Positions 35,769-48,515 of a DNA stretch of 64,000 bases are shown here, one piece after another. The stretch's first letter is position 1; every line of letters begins with the position of its first letter. Where the stretch lies: contig NW_021832565.1 of the NCBI RefSeq assembly GCF_006345805.1, forward strand, positions 124,001 to 188,000, in the 5' to 3' direction. Under the pieces are notes generated by a model. That model ran no database searches. It saw nothing but the letters and a program-made list of their open reading frames with translations, and was not told where the DNA came from. The DNA is from Octopus sinensis. Taxonomy: Eukaryota. A program made the position numbers and the translations under genes.

Positions 35769-37538
35769 TGTGGTGTTATGAGCCAGGCTGTGTTGTAGGG
35801 AAGGATCAGAAGTGGGGCCTGTGGAAGGGTCGCGGTGGGTATGTGGGGTCAATGAGGTGCGAGCAGTCAGTTGGCAGTTGACAGTGTATCAGAGCATACA
35901 TGTTAGATCGTGCACGTGGATGTTGAGTGAATTTTGCAGATTGAGACAGAGCACATGAACATTGAAAGTGACCCGGACCGACAGGTAAGACTACCGCAAT
36001 TCTCTCTTTGCTTCTGTCTTTTACCTCCTTCGTGTCACAAGCTATATCGGCTCAAAAGTACAAAAAAATAAATAAAAATGATGGGTATGGTCTGTGTTTT
36101 GAATGAGATGGTTAGACCATTTTGTGGTGAGGGAGATGTCACTGCCTGGCTACAAAAAATTAAGTTGGTGGAAAGACTCCAAGGTATAGATGACTTAGCG
36201 AGTTTCATACTGTTGTACCTCGGCATTGGTGCTATACCTGGAAATGGAGGAGAAGGACCAGTTGAGCACAGGAAATATAGAAAACTAGCTGATGGAGGCT
36301 TTCACATAAAGGCCATTTATAGCATATGGTTGACTGGGGAAAGCGAAGTAGGGGTGGACAGGACTCTGTTCCTAGCCAGGAAAGTTGACTCGGATGTGAC
36401 CAGGCAGAGTGTGCAAAGAGTTGTTGGGAGCTACAACAGGTGCCAGTCCATTGACCCTGCTCCGGGTGTGCATGAGACAGAAAGCATTCCAGTGGAATAC
36501 AACTGGAAGAAATGACTGGCAGTGGACGTGACACACTACTGGCAGGGGACATACCTCTCGATGGTCGACTGTGGACCGGGGTGTTTGGCCATATGGAGGG
36601 AGATGAAGATGAGGACTGCGGAGGAAATCACAAGAATACAGAAGGAGATATTCCCAGGATGAGACCCTGTGGATGAGCTGCTTATAGATGATGGCACTTG
36701 GAGGTGCTAGGAGAAATGCTCAACAAGTGGCATGTAAACCATTTCTTCAGGGCAGCATATCAGCCAAGTGGCAATGGGGTTGTGGAGAAGCATCATTGCA
36801 CCATCAAGATCATAGCAGAGAGGGGCCACATCTCACTGGTTGAGGCCATTTTTTGGTATAATCTGTTGCCCAGGACAGGACAGGCTGAGGAGTCAGTGCC
36901 ACACAGGGCAATATTCAAGTACGAGTAGAGACATCCATGTACTGCATTGCTGCATCCCACAGAAGAGAAAGAGCATGCCTTTGTGCAGGTCAGGGAAGGA
37001 GTTTGGGTTAAACCCTCAAATGCGAGGTGCACATCACAGTGGGAAAAGGGAATGATATAACCTCTGTAAATTCGAGAAACAATGTGTCCATAATTGGCAT
37101 GCCAGTCATGTTTTGGATGTGTCCAGGATCATCACTACAATGGAATATGGAGCCAATAGTAATAGACAAGAGGATGAAGTTGGCAGCAACATGCCAGGAA
37201 CTGAAGCAGTCCTGAAGCCCCATGGCGATCACAGAGGGAGCGGTGCCCTCCTCACTTGTTGGCTGATTATGAGACAAGTTAAAGCATGTGGTCAAGGTTG
37301 AGGAGAGGGTGTGGGCAGGTTGGTTGAATGATCTTTAGATCAGGTGGGGCGTGTGGTGTTATGAGCCAGGTTGTGTTGTAGGGAAGGACCTGAAATGAGG
37401 GAGTAGGCATGTCCAGCACATCAGAGCAGACATGTTAGACTGTACATGTGGACGTTGAAAGTGACCCTTTTCTGGACCGACAGGTAAGACTACCACAATC
37501 CTCTCTTTGCTTCCGTCCTTTTCCTCATTCACATTACA
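35769..37538 (+). mobile_element. Gypsy-type LTR retrotransposon derivative, 1.77 kb: LTR - gag N-terminus - integrase - LTR
   Basis: LTRs 35769-36039 and 37352-37538 (TG...CA, shared TGTGGTGTTATGAGCCAGG start and GGACCGACAGGTAAGACTACC). Purine tract AGATCAGGTGGGGCG before the 3' LTR. gag-like MVRPFCGEGDVTAWLQKIKLV; integrase motifs listed in the next feature. Confidence 0.9.
36346..36930 (+). pseudogene. Disrupted retroviral-type integrase (partial zinc finger plus DDE core)
   Basis: GVDRTLFLARK...RCQSIDP, LAVDVTHY (D), DELLIDDG (D), AYQPSGNGVVEKHHCTIK (E); stops and a frameshift. Confidence 0.85.
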
Positions 37539-38363
37539 ATATATATATATATATATATATGCTATAGTTGTTTCTACAAGCTTGATAAATGATGAAATAA
37601 ATAGATATTTCAGATAGGAGACCCTAAGTAGTGTATTTCACAAGCATTTGTGGTTTTTGTAAGAATATTGATAATAATAGTAATAATAATAATAGTAGCA
37701 GTTCATTGGTGCCAAAGTAGTTGGTGCTTTGTAAATTTGACAAATGATTAGAAAGGTTCTACTGAAAGAAAATATGAAATATCTACCACAAGGTACTTGG
37801 CAGGGTGTCTAGATATTTCCATGACTATTCACATTGTCAGCTATTTTTGAACTAAAGACATTTATTCATTTAGACAAACAATATGTATAACAGTTGTAGA
37901 CATGATGAAGTCTTTGTATATTAATTTACCAGAAACAGATTTACCAACAAAGCCATAAAGAATTAATTGTCTTAGAGTGGAAGTGGAAATCTTCTTCAGA
38001 ATTCTTTACAGGTATGACTATATTAATATGGGATAGAATACCTTGTAGTATTTATTCTTGTTTTCTGCACTCTGTGTTTTAATTACACTGACATCAACTT
38101 AACCTTTTATTTGATTTATTTTAGGCCAGAAAATAAAGTACCAGCCAAATAGTAAAATTGAATATTCTCTTCAATCTCATTGAATTGACAACAGCAGACA
38201 AAGATAGTGTCTTGTGTAAAAAAACCAAAAAAAAAAACCACTCAATAGAAATCAACAGGAAACCAACTTTGTGTTATCCCATGAACATTCCATAATATGT
38301 ACATACTACTTATCAAGAGTGTTACCAGTGATTGCTAATCAATCTGAGGTTTCAAGGAAGGAT

Positions 38364-38364
<1 letters not shown>

Positions 38365-38396
<32 letters not shown>

Positions 38397-38718
38397 GTTT
38401 AACATCCGCTTTCCATGCTAGCATGGGTTGGACGATTTTGACTGAGAGCTGGTGAACCAGATGGCTGCACCAGGCTCCAGTCTTGATTTGGCAGAGTTTC
38501 TACATCTGGCTGCCCTTCTTAACGCCAACCACTCCAAGAGTACTGGCAACGACCTCGCTCGAATCCTTTTATACATGCCACCAGCACAGGTGCTAGAAGG
38601 CGACTTTAGTAATGATCACGCTCGAATGGTACCCTTTTACGTGCCCACTGGCACGGAAGCCAGTTGGCTGCTCTGGCAACGATCACGCTCGGATGGTGCT
38701 CTTGGCACCCTACTAGAT
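38365..38718 (-). mobile_element. Retroposon family C
   Basis: (CAT)n-CGTTTAACATCCGCTTTCCATGCTAGCATGGG; matches 6082-6385. Confidence 0.85.
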
Positions 38719-39052
38719 ATATATATATATGGAAAAAAGTCAAGGTAGAAAATTCTAAAATAATTTTATAAAAAACATTTCAGTACAGGTTTCAGTCATT
38801 GAGACTTTTTCAACTGTGAGTATGGAAAACAATTAAATTTAGAAAAATTAAAAGAAAAGTTTTTATAAAAGAGAATATTTGTTTAGTGTTCAAATACAAG
38901 TGACATTTTCCTTGTTTCTGCCTGTCTCTGTCTCTCTTGTTTACTCTTGGGATATGTATGTACAATGATCTGGGTGATAACTTTATAATGTGCAGGAGTA
39001 TTCCTGCCATATATTAGCATATGGTGGCCAATAACCATATAGGACATGTATG

Positions 39053-39083
<31 letters not shown>

Positions 39084-39439
39084 GTATCTCTTTTGTTTTT
39101 AATGATTTAAATTCTTACTCTGAAGAAGGAGCTGATTTCTAACAAAGATAAAAAGCTCCATCTTTGGAAAGTAGATAACGAAAACGATGTCACATTTTAA
39201 ACCCGAGAAAATTCTTGCGTAGTTTTACTGTTCTTCTTACAATTTGTATTTGTAAGGTGTAAGATGGTTGATTTCTTTTTCTGAAAATCCAAGATTATCC
39301 AGACTGACAGTTAGGCATTTACTTATAAAACCAAGTGCTTCATCCAGTTATAGAAGCTGAAGGTTTTGAAGCAGTTGTCCATAGTTATCTTATTTCTCTT
39401 AGATTTTCAGAGATATTCATATCAGCTGGACAGCTGACT

Positions 39440-39610
39440 TCTGTCTGTCTGTATCTATCTATCTATCTATCTACCTACCTACCTACCTACCTACCTACCT
39501 ACCTACCTACCTACCTACCTACCTACCTGCCTGCCTGCCTGTCTGTCTGTCTGTCTGTCTGTCTGCCTGTCTATGCATGTATGTATGTATGTATGTATGT
39601 ATGTATGTAC
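39440..39610. repeat. Compound tetranucleotide microsatellite
   Basis: (TCTG)(TCTA)(CCTA)(CCTG)(TCTG)(TATG) blocks in series. Confidence 0.95.
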
Positions 39611-41457
39611 ATATGTATGTCCAACCCAATGCAGTTTAGAAATATTGACGTTAAAATGATGACAATAATGATATACATTTTTTTAAGATGATTGTTGTGA
39701 GGATCGCATTTAAAGTAATTTAGCTGCTGTTTCTAGCTGGTTATGAAAGCACATAGAAGCTGTCTTGCTCACTCTATTACAGATGGTGGTACTGCAATCT
39801 TTGAAGTATAGACTCTAAGTGATCTGGGTACTTATAATGTTGGTTTCTTAATTCAAACCAAAATTTAGATATTCTCTTGAAGAATGACTATTATCATCTC
39901 TCCTATGTCAAAGGTCTACAAGTAAAATGATGTGTTTCATAAGTTGATTTTTCAGATATGATAATATTATTTTACCATATTTACCAGTAGATTATTATTA
40001 ATTACAAATCATTTTGTTAACTAAACAATGTAATTAATTACTAAATTTGAGTACCAAGTGTTTTATTAAACCACATTTCATAAAAAGGGTGAAGCTGTTA
40101 TAAGCCCATTTAGATTGTTGAAAGAGTTAAGACTTAGAAACCTTATAGTACAATAGAATAAATTTGTTTGAAGTGAGATTTTCCTGATTAATAAGTTCAG
40201 AGTGTTATATTAAATTCACAAGTATTTTGTAATGAACATGGATAAATTACTTAAATCTATTCACCTGCTTAGAGCAAACAGGAACTAAATTAATATGTTC
40301 ACTTATCAAATGATACTGCCAAAGGAAGTAGCATCCTGTACTGAAGAGTAAATGCAAATGTTCAGTATTAGTGAGTCACATGACCCAATAAACCATGGAG
40401 TTCAAAAGGTCACCAGTTTCTGTATTATGCCTATGGTAACAATATTAGAGGAAGAGTATTCATGTGGTTGCTTTACTTGTTAGAAATAGTAGCTAAGTTC
40501 CCTCAAAATAAAGAATGGATTTGGGAATTTAGCCCTTGATTTCTCTAAAAGTAAACATGGCACTCAGAGTTGAAACATCGCACTCAGAGCTGAAAAATGG
40601 CACTCAGATCATAGTTCAGCTCTCTCAGGTCTGACCAAGGGCTATATAACAACATAGTGAATAAAAAAAATGGAAGCAAAAATATAACAAAAAAATATAT
40701 CAGACTACTTTGAAATTTCTATTAGATATCAACAAAACACATTTTTCATGATTTCACAACCTAAAATATATTAAGTCAAACAATTTTGATTTAGAGTTAC
40801 AAATTTGAATACTCAATTCAGGGAAAAATTCTAAGAGAAAAGAATATAGTTATTTCCTTTTTGCACTGATTTTCCTTACATTTTCCAAATTCTGTTTTGG
40901 GTGTGGAATGCATAAAATATATTCCAATGAAAAAAAAAATTATTTTGAATGAAAGATAGACTATGAATTAAGTCTATGCATAGCTACAGTGGTAATCATT
41001 TTGAACACAGAAATAAGAGAATGATTGGTTTTTAGAAACTTAAATGAGTTTCAGATGTCTGGAGTCAAAAGTTTATCAGATTATCTAACATAAATTTCAC
41101 TAGCTAACAACTCAGTGATGTTCTCATAGTTAAAGCACTTAAATATTTGATAACTCAGTCTATTAATCCTCTTTAGCTCCGAAAATAGCCTTGAAGGCAA
41201 TAAGAGAGCCTCGTGGTCACTGGGGTAACATGAAATAGTAGCCAAATTGCACTCATCTTGCACTCTACTACCTTAATCTATTTGAAACAAACCTGCATCA
41301 GACGCCTCTGATTCTTTGATATAAAATCTGCTGATGTCATAATTTTATCTTAGAACTGATTTTGTTTAATCATGTTACAAACATCAGTTTATAGAACCAA
41401 ATACGTGACAAATTTATTTTTTGCATCCTCTTATTTTTGAAGATGATGATGATGATG

Positions 41458-43400
41458 TTAACATCCTTTCATTACTGAGATACATCTTCCTATGTTTATA
41501 TTTCTGTGTTGTAGCACTGAAGCACTATTGTGCAGCAGTAGCCACCCACCTTCAAGCCCACTGCAGAAATATTGTCCAATTCCAAAGATTTCCTGTTTCT
41601 TAGCATTTTATTGTCAATACTAATTTCAGTAAAAGCTCGAGGCTCATCAAAGTGAATGATGGACATATCACAAAATTCCTACACGGCAACTAAATTCATT
41701 GGTTTAGGAGCTGATAAAAGTTTTCTCCAATATACTCCATGATTACTGACTGGAGATGGCCCATATGATTACTTCACTGGTACTGTGAAACAAGTCCTAC
41801 TATCTTAGATTGAATGACATCACAAATTGGCATGACATGCATACTACCAATCTGCTTGCATCTGGATTTCTTCAGCTTTTGCAATCCACCACCAAATTTC
41901 AGGCTATGCTGAATGAACTGAGCCGAATTCTGAAAAGTGTATCATTGTTATTTTAGAGTTTGACATGAAGAATTGTCCAGAGTTGCTCAGTGGATTTTAT
42001 GTATATCATTCAAAAGCCTACCAATCTTACTATAGTTCTCATCAAGCCAATCCTGATATAATTTTTTTTTTTTTATTTTGAATCTAATAATTATGATAGT
42101 AGCATCATAGAGTGTAGGTCTAAAAGAAGACCATTTATCATCCATGCCAGCTTTTCAGATAATAAACGTTTCAACACTTTCAGTTTGATAATTTTTGCAA
42201 GCATCAGGACACTCAAACTTGTAACAATTGAACCTCTTTATGTTGAATGTCTTTAATGCCATAAGGAGCACACAGGCAATTTACCTTTGTTTGTATGACA
42301 TCATAGTCTGTTTGACAATCAGCTTCCTTCATTGAATGAAGGAAATGAACACCTTTGAGGTTGATTTATATGATCCCAACATAACCAATAAAATGTCAAT
42401 GTTTGGTTCTGGGAGGCATTCATCAGGTTTTGCATTTATTCCTCTACTGAAAGATGTTGTTGATGAGGGTAAAGTTATGCATAAAATAGAGAGAAGGAAG
42501 CCTGATGCTATTGCTGTTAGTCTTCCCAACACCATGGTTACTGATCACTCATTCCCAGATTTTATAGTTCTTCCTCTGCTTTTACACCAAAATCATCCAT
42601 TTGGACGACTTTGTCATGTTTGGCTGTTTCAGCCAGATTCAAAACTTGAAAGGAACAATTTTTGAAGCAACTATTGGATGACAGAGTTGATGTATAGGCA
42701 ATCAGTAATATGAAATAACAGTTTTCTGGAAAGGAAATGTACTGTGTTGTTACTCAGTATTGCTAACTAGTATCTCAGTCCATTTAGACAGAATACTACT
42801 CCTCACTATAAAACAGATGCCATAGTGGGCCTTTCAGACCAGCCCTTCCAGAAGAAGGCATAGGCCACATCAACTCCATTAAAAGAAACCTCTTCAGGTA
42901 TCTTAGCATCACTGAATGCAACAATGTTTTCCTTACAGTACCTCATTGTTTATGAGAGCTGTTTGATGTCTGGGCTGGCTTGTTGAGTTGCTGATGCCAG
43001 GCAATGTCTGTTTATAAAATGTGACAAGCCTGAATGGTTTTCCGTATTTATGTTCTTCTATGTAGAATGTTTGGATAGGTACATCTTGTTATGTAAGCAT
43101 GCATATGTGCATGGGTCTTGTGAGCGTCTAGTGTAACAGTATTTACAACCCTTTTGCTAACAACTTGAAGCTGCTGCCTAGTGCATCTGTTGAAGTGGGA
43201 AGTAGTCTGGTATTTCAATCTTCAATCTACAACTTTTCCCAGATTCCTGCTAAACTTCTCCACAGTTACACATGATAAGTGCTTGACAGAGGAGCTCTGA
43301 GCAACAGTCTCAGAAATACAGTATGCAGGTCCAGTCTAGGAAGTACTAGTCACCTTGTCACTAGAGCAGCCTCCTTAATATCAAAGTGAGCAGTAATTTT
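41458..43400 (-). mobile_element. Decayed RTE-clade LINE (5' region, endonuclease, linker, start of RT)
   Basis: Minus-strand peptides in correct order: RYCKENIVAFSDAKIPEEVSFNGVDVAYAFFWKG, HNFTLINNIFQ*RNKCKT..MPPRTKH*HFIGYV, ADCQTD, YQDWLDEN, WWIAKAEEIQMQAD, DNISAVGLKVGG. These match RTE APE/linker motifs. Confidence 0.9.
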
Positions 43401-43569
43401 TTTTACAATAGGACAAAATTTATATTATTTGCTCTCAACCAAAGCAAGGCTCTATAACCTCACTACCTCCTCCTGGTCAAAAAGAAAAAAAAAGTGTAGA
43501 GGGGTCTCTAATAAACCAGCCTCTCAGTAAAAAAACCCCAGAAAACAAAAAAACACTCGAATCTTTCTA

Positions 43570-44014
43570 AGGCGACGAGCTGGCAGAATCCTTACCATAC
43601 CAGGAAAAATGCTTATTTCATCTGTCTTTACATTCTGAATTCACATTTCACCAAGGTTGACTTTGCCTTTCATCCTTTCAGGATTGATAAAATAAGTACT
43701 AGTTGATCACTGGGATTGATGCAATTGACTTACCCCCATACCCTCAAATTGCTGGCATTGTACCAAAATTTGAAACCAATACTAAAGAGAGTAGCAAGCA
43801 GCGAGCTGGCAGGATTATCACTGTGGCAGACAAAATACTTAGCAGTATTTTGCCCATCTTTACATATTGAATTCGAATACCACCAACATCGACTTTGCCT
43901 TTCATCCTTTCGGAGTCATTAAAATAAGTGTTAGTTGAGCATCAGGGTTGATGTAAATGACTTACTTCCGCCCCCCAAAACTGCTGGTGTTGTGCCTAAA
44001 TTTGAAGTCAATAT
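43570..44014 (+). mobile_element. Two tandem SINE family D copies; the second has a 14-bp TSD
   Basis: TAAAGAGAGTAGCA flanks the second copy (~43783-43796 and ~44015-44028). Confidence 0.85.
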
Positions 44015-44395
44015 TAAAGAGAGTAGCACTGGAAAATGTGCACCTCCAATACTTCAATAAAGCTTTATTACTTTGGTATTTTCTTCCGTATTACAAATAT
44101 TAGATCATGAATCCCTAAAAAGTTTGGCAGCAATGGAAAGTCTGCTTATGGGAGCCAGTGTGAATATGCTTGAAGTCTCTAATCAGAATTTTATGTATCG
44201 GTTGTGAAAGTCAACACTTGTTGGCAACTGGGAGTTACATGGTACTACAAGTCTTTCCCTGTGTGATGAGCAGCTTTATTTAGGAACCATGCCATGCACC
44301 CCAGCACAAGTGATGCCTTGACGATGTGGCTGAAAAACCACCCACCCAGCATACTCCTAACGAGATGCCATACCTGTGAAGATAAGATGTTAGAG

Positions 44396-44977
44396 TAGGG
44401 GTTGTCAACTATTTTTTTATCTATGGCCCCCTTTGATTACAATTTTATTCTGGTGGACCCCTATAGCCATTTGATGTTTAAAAACTAGTTTTATTGAAAC
44501 TTCTTTCAAAATTCCTATTTCATTTTTCACCCATTCACTTGTATAGGTTGATCTATGTAAAATGTTAAAAAAAGAAACCTCACTGTTTCTTGCAATAAAT
44601 ACCAATACAAAGGTGACTTACTGGCAGAAACGATTGCATGCCAGGTGAAATGCTTTGCAGTATTTTGTCTGTCTTTCCATTCTGGGTTCAAAGTCTGCCG
44701 AGGTCAGCTTTGCCTTTCATCCTTCTGAGGTCGAAAAATTAAGTACCAGTTGCATACTGGAGTCGACCTAATTGACTGGCCCCCTCCCCCAAAATTTCGA
44801 GCCTTGTGCCTAGAGTTAGAAAAGAATAAATACCAATACATATGTCTGAAGTGAAAATGTTGCAGGGGACCCAAAATGTTCTATTGTGGAACCCCAGCTT
44901 CTTGTTTTGTTGTGTGGACCCCCAAGAATATTATATGAACCCTAAGAGGCCATACGGCCTCTGGTTGAGAACCACTG
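44396..44977. mobile_element. hAT-type MITE with 8-bp TSD
   Basis: TIR-like TAGGGGTTGTCAAC / GTTGAGAACCACTG; TSD TGTTAGAG at 44388-44395 and 44978-44985. Confidence 0.88.
44610..44824 (+). mobile_element. SINE family D nested in the hAT MITE, 16-bp TSD
   Basis: AATAAATACCAATACA at 44594-44609 and 44825-44840. Confidence 0.9.
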
Positions 44978-46147
44978 TGTTAGAGTATCACACACACTGC
45001 CATTGGATCTTATGAAATTTGAACTCTCTGTCATGCCTAAACCACTGCTTCTTTGGTGTGCTTGATAAGAGAAATAAAAATAAAATTAAAATGGATTCTA
45101 TTCTTATTTTCCAATTGGAAAGCTGTCAATAACAGGAAAAGATTTGCTCCAACAAAAGTACCACCAGACCGTTTTATACAAGGACAGAAAAAGAGAGCAA
45201 TAGAGTGATGTAGCTTACTTAAACACATGCATTATACTGAGCAAATATATTCTTATAGCAGATAGACACCAAAATATGATTCCAACGAACACAAAAACCA
45301 AACACAAAGTGAACTTGCCAATTCAAAGTCTTTTAAGTACAAAATGATACCTTTTGTGTTTGTGTGAGGAAGTGGAACAAATTAACCACAATGAAGTCAT
45401 AAATACTTGAATAGTAATTACTGTAGAGAAATCTTTTTTGTATTTAAACCTATCAAATATATATAGAGAGAAAGAATCTGAGTTATTTAAAAAGTGTGAA
45501 AAACCTAAGCAACAAGTAAAGATATACATTATCTTTAATCATTCAAAATAAATGGTTAGTAATGCTTGACATACAATTTGTTTTTATTTTTATATATTTA
45601 TCAATTTTTTTCTTTCCCATCTTTTTTTTTTATTTCTGATTTTCTTACTTTCTTTTTTTTTTCTTTTTTGCTTTATTTTTGAGACAGCTTTTCCAGTCAA
45701 GTAACAATATCGAAATGATGATAGCATTTGTTAATGTTTTGAAATATTGAGATAATCAGCAAGTTTATGGTTTTTAAATCTATTGCTTCATGGCCATAAA
45801 AATGGAATTATTGCTATCGCCTATGTACTTTGGCCATAAGTAAGCTGATGGCCGAAACATTACAAGCTTCTTGGAACACTTGGGGATTCATTAATACTGC
45901 ATTCTTTCTGATTATGCCAAGCAATGCTCTAAAAAGTATCAGATAAAGCCAATCAATCCTCTAAGGTTGAAAGTTTGCCAGAAATACTGCAAGAATTATT
46001 GATTTCTATTATTATTTTTTTTGTTATTGTTGTGGTTGTTATTATTATTATTATTTTTGTTGCTATTATTATTCGGCTTCATATTTATATTTTATTTTTT
46101 CATGTAGTGTATATAGATACGCGTATGTATGTGAGTAACTGCATATA

Positions 46148-46224
<77 letters not shown>

Positions 46225-46893
46225 GTATGTATATATTTGTGTATGTGTAAGTGTCCATATGAACAAGAGCCTATGCATTTTTGTGTGTGTGTAATGTTTG
46301 AGTATGAGTGTATTGTCTATTATATCATATATGTGTGACTGCTATCATATTGTTTTTATATGTATATATATATATGTTCTTTTTGTCTGCAAATAAATTC
46401 TATTTGTAAATAACACTCAGTGGATGCATCAATAATGTTTTATCGTACAGAATTATGAAAGCTGTTAACGGCCGCTGATCCTTGATTCACTTGCAAAATG
46501 CACAGGATTAGTAAGAAGATTTTCATAAGATATGCACATGTGTGTTACTTCATGCATATGTGTTACTGCATGCATGAATATATATATGTATGTATATATA
46601 TATGTATTTATTCATATATATAGATGTGTGTATCTATCTAAATATATATATATATAATATATATATGTATATGTGTATTTATTCATATACATACATATAG
46701 ATATACATATATATTAATACACATATACATTTCTATCTATTTAAACACATAAATATGTATATATATATACATACGCAAGTTACATATATGTATAAATACA
46801 TGCATATGTATATATACATATATATCTATACATGCAAAGATACATATAGGAGTATTAGTTTGACACTCAGGAAAGTGAGAAAGTATATATCTA

Positions 46894-46936
<43 letters not shown>

Positions 46937-47629
46937 GCACACACACACACATACACATGCACACATACATATTTATTTATATATACTTGCATTGTCAGAT
47001 AAATTTATTGGTCTTTTTTCCATTTGTTTTAATCTTTTCCAATATTATTTGAATCGCCATAAAAAATATTTTTATGTTAGTGTTTCATGGTTTTTATAAC
47101 TCCATTTTCCCTCTATAAATTTTGTTTATAGTTTTTAGAAATTTGAATAAATTTTATTTCTTATCTGACACATGACAATAAAATGCTGAGCAGGAAAAAC
47201 TGAATGCACTTATTTGATAACCCAGTACATACACACGCACACACACACGCACACACACACGCACATATTCGTATTTACACATGTACATATATATGTACAA
47301 GTATATACATATATGCATATATATGTTCTTTTATAGGGCTTAGAAAGCTGCGACGTGTGAATTTGAGAGGGGAATATGTTGGATAAAATTCATAATTAAC
47401 TGATCCTCCTGTGTTTTCTTTTACCCAAAGGTAGTAACTTTACAGCACCCCCTCATTTACTTCTCTATTCACTCAAGTTTAAACCTCATGAGCACTACTA
47501 ACTGTATTCAAAATAGAGAATATTTGATTTTCAGCTATGAACTATATAGATAAATATATATATACATGTACTTATATAAAAACACACACACACACATGCA
47601 TGTGCACACACATATATATACATATATGG

Positions 47630-47840
47630 ATATATGCTGGTGCCATGTAAAAAGCATCAGTGCTAGTGCTGTGTAAAGGCACCCAGTACATTCTGTAAAG
47701 AGATTGGCATTAGGAAGGACATTAAGCTGTAGAAACCATGCCAAGGTAGACATGGAGCCTGAACAGCTCTTCAGCTGGTCAAACTGTCCAACCCATATTG
47801 GCATGGAAAATGGACATTAAATGATGATGATGATGATGAT
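47630..47840 (+). mobile_element. Retroposon family C, 3' part
   Basis: GGCATTAGGAAGGACATT...GGCATGGAAAATGGACATTAAATGATGATGAT. Confidence 0.8.
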
Positions 47841-48149
47841 TTTTACGATATATGCATCTATCTATCTATCTATCTATCTATCTAAAGGTATACACATATA
47901 TATACGACAATAAGCCCTTCCAGGACAATTACCTGCAATCAACAGATGATGATTTAAAACTTCTTCATATATTAGAGAGGGGGTAACTAACCAAGGGAAA
48001 TGATTGTCCTAGGGGACAGTTGTTGTCAGGGGAATTGTTCTATAGTGGGGGTAATTGTCTTCGGGGGGTAATATATATACATGCATACATATACATACAC
48101 ATATGTACACACACACACATATATGTGTTTGTATATATATTCTTTATTC

Positions 48150-48515
48150 TTTATTCTTTTGTTTCAGTCATTTGACTGTGGTCATGCTGGTGCACCACCT
48201 CAAATCTTTTAATTGAATGAATCGACCCCAGTCGATTCTATTGGTCCCTTTTGCCAAACTGCTAAGTTACGGGGGACATAAACACACTGACATCGGTTGT
48301 CAAGCAATGGTGAGAGGACAACATATATCCATACATATATATCTATATATACAACAGGCTTCTTTCAGTTTCCATCTACCAATTCACTCACGGGGCTTTG
48401 GCCATCCCAAGGCTATAGTAGAAGACACTTGCCCAAGGTGTCGGGCAGTGGTACTGAACCCAGAACTGTGTGGATTGAGAAGCAAGAATTTTATGACCCA
48501 GCCACTTCTGCGCAT
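48150..48515 (-). mobile_element. SINE family B
   Basis: Matches 7243-7680. Confidence 0.85.

Noticed and set aside
40553-40609. CRISPR-like repeats
   Set aside because: Contiguous tandem units without spacers, eukaryotic context, no cas genes.
42336-42665. 109-aa plus-strand ORF
   Set aside because: Antisense to the RTE endonuclease fossil.
47334-47386. GLRKLRRVNLRGEYVG* resembles one leucine-rich repeat after a good acceptor
   Set aside because: Single 16-aa match, lacks the conserved Asn, and no other LRR exons were found.
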